Source: Basidiobolus meristosporus CBS 931.73
Taxonomy: Eukaryota > Fungi > Basidiobolomycota
NCBI GenBank assembly: GCA_002104905.1
Contig: MCFE01000277.1
Location: 41,013 to 105,012 of the forward strand
DNA: 64,000 nucleotides
Direction: 5' to 3'
Below the pieces are notes generated by a model. It did not search any database and had not been told where the DNA came from. It was given only the letters and a program-made list of their open reading frames with translations. Both the position numbers and the translations under genes were made by a program. Shown here piece by piece: positions 60,608 to 64,000 of this stretch (positions are counted from its first letter, which is position 1; every line of letters begins with the position of its first letter).

Positions 60608-61125
60608 GGAGGAAAGTCACCAAGTGGTGAAATCTTTATTTACTTATGACAAGTATCTAAAGAAGCCAAGTTAATCTGAAGTTATTCCTAGAAAGCTAGG
60701 TTTGAGAGATATCTTCCTGGTAAGCCAGGTCTGAGAGTTGAGAAGCTGAGTGGTACTATATTTCCTAGTTAGCTAGGTCTGAGAGAGGTTTCCTGGAAAG
60801 CCAGGCCTGAGAAGTGAGAATCTGAATATATCTGAGCTAAGTTATACTGGTTTGCGGTAGCTGAATTGTGGCCGGAATGGCCAGTAGACTGGGGGAACTG
60901 AGAGGAATTTCTGGGCAATCACTGGCCAAATTTACTAGGCAAATCTGGCCAATTAGCATTTCAAGGATTTCAGCCAATCAGAGCCTTTACTTTGCCCAAT
61001 GGTTGATCAAGCCATCTCCCAATGAGCACACATCAATTTATTAATCAAATTTTGCTGGATCCAGGATTTGAACCCACAACCATGGGTATGGAAGGGTTAG
61101 GGATAACCGCTGTGGTGGTGTATAA
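60608..61125 (-). mobile_element. Candidate tRNA-derived SINE (~520 bp) with LINE-shared 3' tail
   Basis: Minus-strand head CAGCGGTTA...CCTTCCA...GTGGGTTCAAATCCTGG...GCA has A/B-box spacing like tRNA-Gly(TCC). Non-coding body with four hairpins; tail shared with the LINEs. Confidence 0.65.
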
Positions 61126-61243
61126 GTCCAAGGGAGAGATACGTCCAACACTTCTCAAGTGTTTTGTGTGTGGGGTGTTCACTGGGTGCGATAACCTCTG
61201 GCAAAAGCTTGCTAGGAATACTTGGGTTCTGTCTCTAATCTAA

Positions 61244-62181
61244 TGTGAAGGGGAATAAAGCCACAAGCTTGTCAAGGGAAAACTATTGAGCTACAATCCC
61301 CAACTTAGTTGGCGTCTTAACAAAAGTATGTGCTGGGTTCAGCGTCCTTTGAGATGACAATGTACTAAAGCTTCCAAAGTCAAAACAACTGTAAACTCCA
61401 CCAGCAGGGACTTGATAAGAATGCAGCTTTGGTCAATAGTTACAAAGACAGAAAAGTATCTTTGCCTGTACAAGAACAAACTTGGGAAAGAATCAAATAT
61501 AATAAAAGATACCTACTCTGAGTATTCCTCACAAGTAGTGCCTCCAAGGTCAGTTGGCTGTCAGCGCGGTTTCCTGGGAGTGTCCTGTGGTCTAGGGTTG
61601 GAAGTTCAGGTAGCAGCAGGTAGCAGTGATCACACTAATCAACAAGTCGGTATATTGATAAAAGGGATGATGATTTATTGTAGAGGGATAGCCTCCCTTA
61701 TATACTTTTCTCACTGGCTAAGTGATTACTAATCATGGTGTTCCAGAAGGTTCCGGAGTTCAATAGAAATCTTAATGACATCAGAATGACCTAAGAATGT
61801 TCTAAGTAGGTGCCGGAAGGTTCTAAGAGGCACAGCACATCCAACCAATCAGGAATCAGTATTCTGAAACCTGTGTAACATGGGGATACCATATATGGTA
61901 TGGAAATGGTAGGGATGGTGACACGGGTTGATCATGTGTCACGGGTACTGGCGCGGGTACTTGCCTAATATAGAAGCACTTGTAACTAGTAATCTTACAT
62001 AAAGTGAGGGGTAACTTATGCAATAAGGTAAGCAGGTGTGATAGTCAACCGGCTTATGGGATAGTACTGATTGGGTAAGACAAATGGGATAAAACTAAAA
62101 TGAGTGTAGTAGGGATATAGGGAAGTAGAAAATAAGGGAATGAGCACATCTGTTAGTGGGTGTCACTGTCACCCCACTACA
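61244..62181 (-). mobile_element. 3' LTR of the Ty3/Gypsy element (distal boundary uncertain)
   Basis: PPT GAGAGGGGGGTGGA precedes TGTAGTGGGG at 62181 (minus). TATATAA and AATAAA inside (~61700, ~61675). Possible end CCCCTTCACA at 61244. Confidence 0.6.
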
Positions 62182-62220
62182 TCCACCCCCCTCTCAGCTT
62201 TGAACTTGGGTCAAAGCAAA

Positions 62221-64000
62221 CTAATCTTGATGTGCGAAATTCCTATGCTTGAATAACTTAAGTCGATTTCCAGCAACAGGTGCTCTCAACTGGGTGTTGT
62301 CAAGCTCAGATATGTAATAACTTCCATTTCCAATCACTTTGGAAATGAGGTAGGGGCCAGTCCATTTGTTGTCAAACTTCCGACTCCATTGCTTGTCCAA
62401 GGTAGAATCATAGAGTAATACTGGGTCTCCTAGTGATAGTGGTTTTGGTCTTGTTGGGTGTGATTTGTCAAAGGGCACCTTGTTCTTTAGTCGTGTATCC
62501 TTAAGTTGTTCAGCAGCTCTGCTGATATTCAAGTCATGGTGATCAAGTTGCTGTATGCGAGTTGCAAGGAGGTCTTCAGTCTGCATATTGGATCTCCAAT
62601 TCAATGAGTTCCAAGTGACTGTGTTTAACTCAACTGGTAGTATGCAGTCATGTCCATAGAGTAGCTTGAATGGCGATAATCCAGTTGTCCTCTTAGTAGT
62701 AATTCTATCTGCCCAGAGTGCTAGATGTAATTGCTGTGGCCACAGTGTTGTGTTATTCTCACAGGCCTTGACAAGAGAGTTCACCAATGGTCCATGTCCT
62801 CTCTCTATCATTCCATTGGCTTGAGGGTGGTAAGCTGTTGTGAAAGCTATGTGTATCTTGTACTTTGAGCACAACTCCTGGATCATTTGGGATGTCATCT
62901 CTCCTCTGTCAGCAACAAACTGTCGGATGCAGCCAAATCTGCAGATGATGTCTTCAAGTATAAATCTCCATATGGTATGGCTCTTGTTGTTGGGCAAGGC
63001 TTGAGCCTCTGCCCATCCACTAAGGTCATCTCTAGCAACAATCAGGTACTTTTTTGATCCAGCTGTTGGCATGTGGACAAGGTCAATACCAACCTTTTGC
63101 CATAGACAGATTGTGTAAGTAGGATGCAGTGGTTCTTCATAACGCTTGGAGGATCTCTTCTGGCAGGTTACACATGACTCAACAAAGTGCTGGACATCAT
63201 AGTACATGTTTTCCCAGTAGTACCTCTGAGCTGTGGTATTGTATGTGGCTTCTCGTCCTCTATGTCCTCCTGGTTCTCCTTGGTGGATACTTGTCATGAT
63301 GTTCAGTTGCTCTTGAGGGGTGGTGACTACTCTTCTTGGCATAAGTCCAGGCTTCACTCGCTTAAAGAGAAGATCATCTTTAAGATAGTAGTGGTGTGCC
63401 TTCTTCCTGAGTTTTCTAAACTCCTGAATATCCATCCAACTAGGTTTCTTAAGTGTCCTTAGATATTCCTTGATCAGACTCCAGGTAGTTCTCTCTTGGT
63501 CTTTGATGGCAATCTGTCGGATCTCTGCATCAATAATATCATCAAAGTGAGGGTCCAAGTCTTCAAATAATTGTGGTCCCTTCCTGGAGAGTGCATCAGC
63601 CACGACATTTGTCTTGCCAGGGATATGTTTGACCTCAAAGTCAAACATTTTCAGCCATGCCATCCATCGGTTTGTGGCATCATCAGGTAGGTCAGGCTTG
63701 TTGATCATTCCTATAAGTGGCTTGGCATCTGTCTCCAGGATAAAATGTGTCATGTAGAGTTGTGACTTCAGTTTCCTCAGCATCTTCACAACTCCTAGTA
63801 GTTCTCTCTTAATCTGTGAGTATCTTTGTTCTCTAGGAGAGAATAGGCAGCTCTCATATCTGCAGGCATAGCGGTTGCCATCTTCATCATCTTGTCCAAG
63901 TAGTGCTCCAGCTCCTATGGGGCTTGCATCCACTGTCAAAATAGGTGGGCATTCAGTGTTTTGATAGTCAAGAGGTCTTAGAACTGGTGGAGATACTAAG
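62221..64000 (-). mobile_element. Ty3/Gypsy pol (RNase H + integrase), continuing beyond the window
   Basis: TVDASPIGAGALL, YSQIKRELLGVV, ETDAKPL, HIPGKTNVVADALSR, integrase H-H-C-C (HQGEPGGH...CVTC), GIDL, HPQANGMIER, and C-terminal KWTGPY. Confidence 0.95.

Noticed and set aside
60557-60623. N-terminal ~22 aa (MVTFLPLTLTLRFHLLVTVSPL) of the 593-aa RT ORF
   Set aside because: It is a TTG-started read-through of the SINE tail, CCCTAA repeats and the mini-tail. It is a junction artefact, not part of the LINE protein; the first ATG is at 60332, inside the RT.
60687-60830. Hammerhead ribozyme / Penelope-like interpretation of the hairpin array and the retro-array
   Set aside because: No CUGANGA core on either strand, and the RT motifs are of LINE type rather than Penelope type.

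Overview
Eukaryotic, intron-containing fungal DNA, most like an early-diverging (Mucoromycota/Zoopagomycota-type) fungus. This is inferred from 55-75 nt GT-AG introns, the gene set, and the MCU, SMS-like and MATH-BTB genes. A gene-rich core (~4.7-56.9 kb, about 20 genes: MCR1, alpha-COP, OXA1, CYT1, MSS4, MCU, RNase T2, a head-to-head uricase pair, and others) is flanked by two CpG-depleted transposon islands. The left island (1-~4 kb) holds decayed hAT-like and CACTA transposase remnants and two copies of a 330-bp LTR. The right island (57.05-64 kb) is the most unusual part. It is a same-orientation, head-to-tail stack of 5'-truncated non-LTR retroelements: two copies of one LINE, a fragment of a second family, and a tRNA-headed SINE-like element. 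All share a 3' tail (GGCTTCTTT...AATAAAGATTTCACC-N4-GGTGA-N7-CCCC). Five of the six tails are joined to the preceding DNA through TTAGGG telomere-type sequence, up to (TTAGGG)3. The arrangement suggests repeated retrotransposition onto a telomere-capped chromosome end or healed break by a LINE/SINE partnership. A Ty3/Gypsy element runs off the right edge. All exon models, alignments and motif calls were made by eye; no searches were run.
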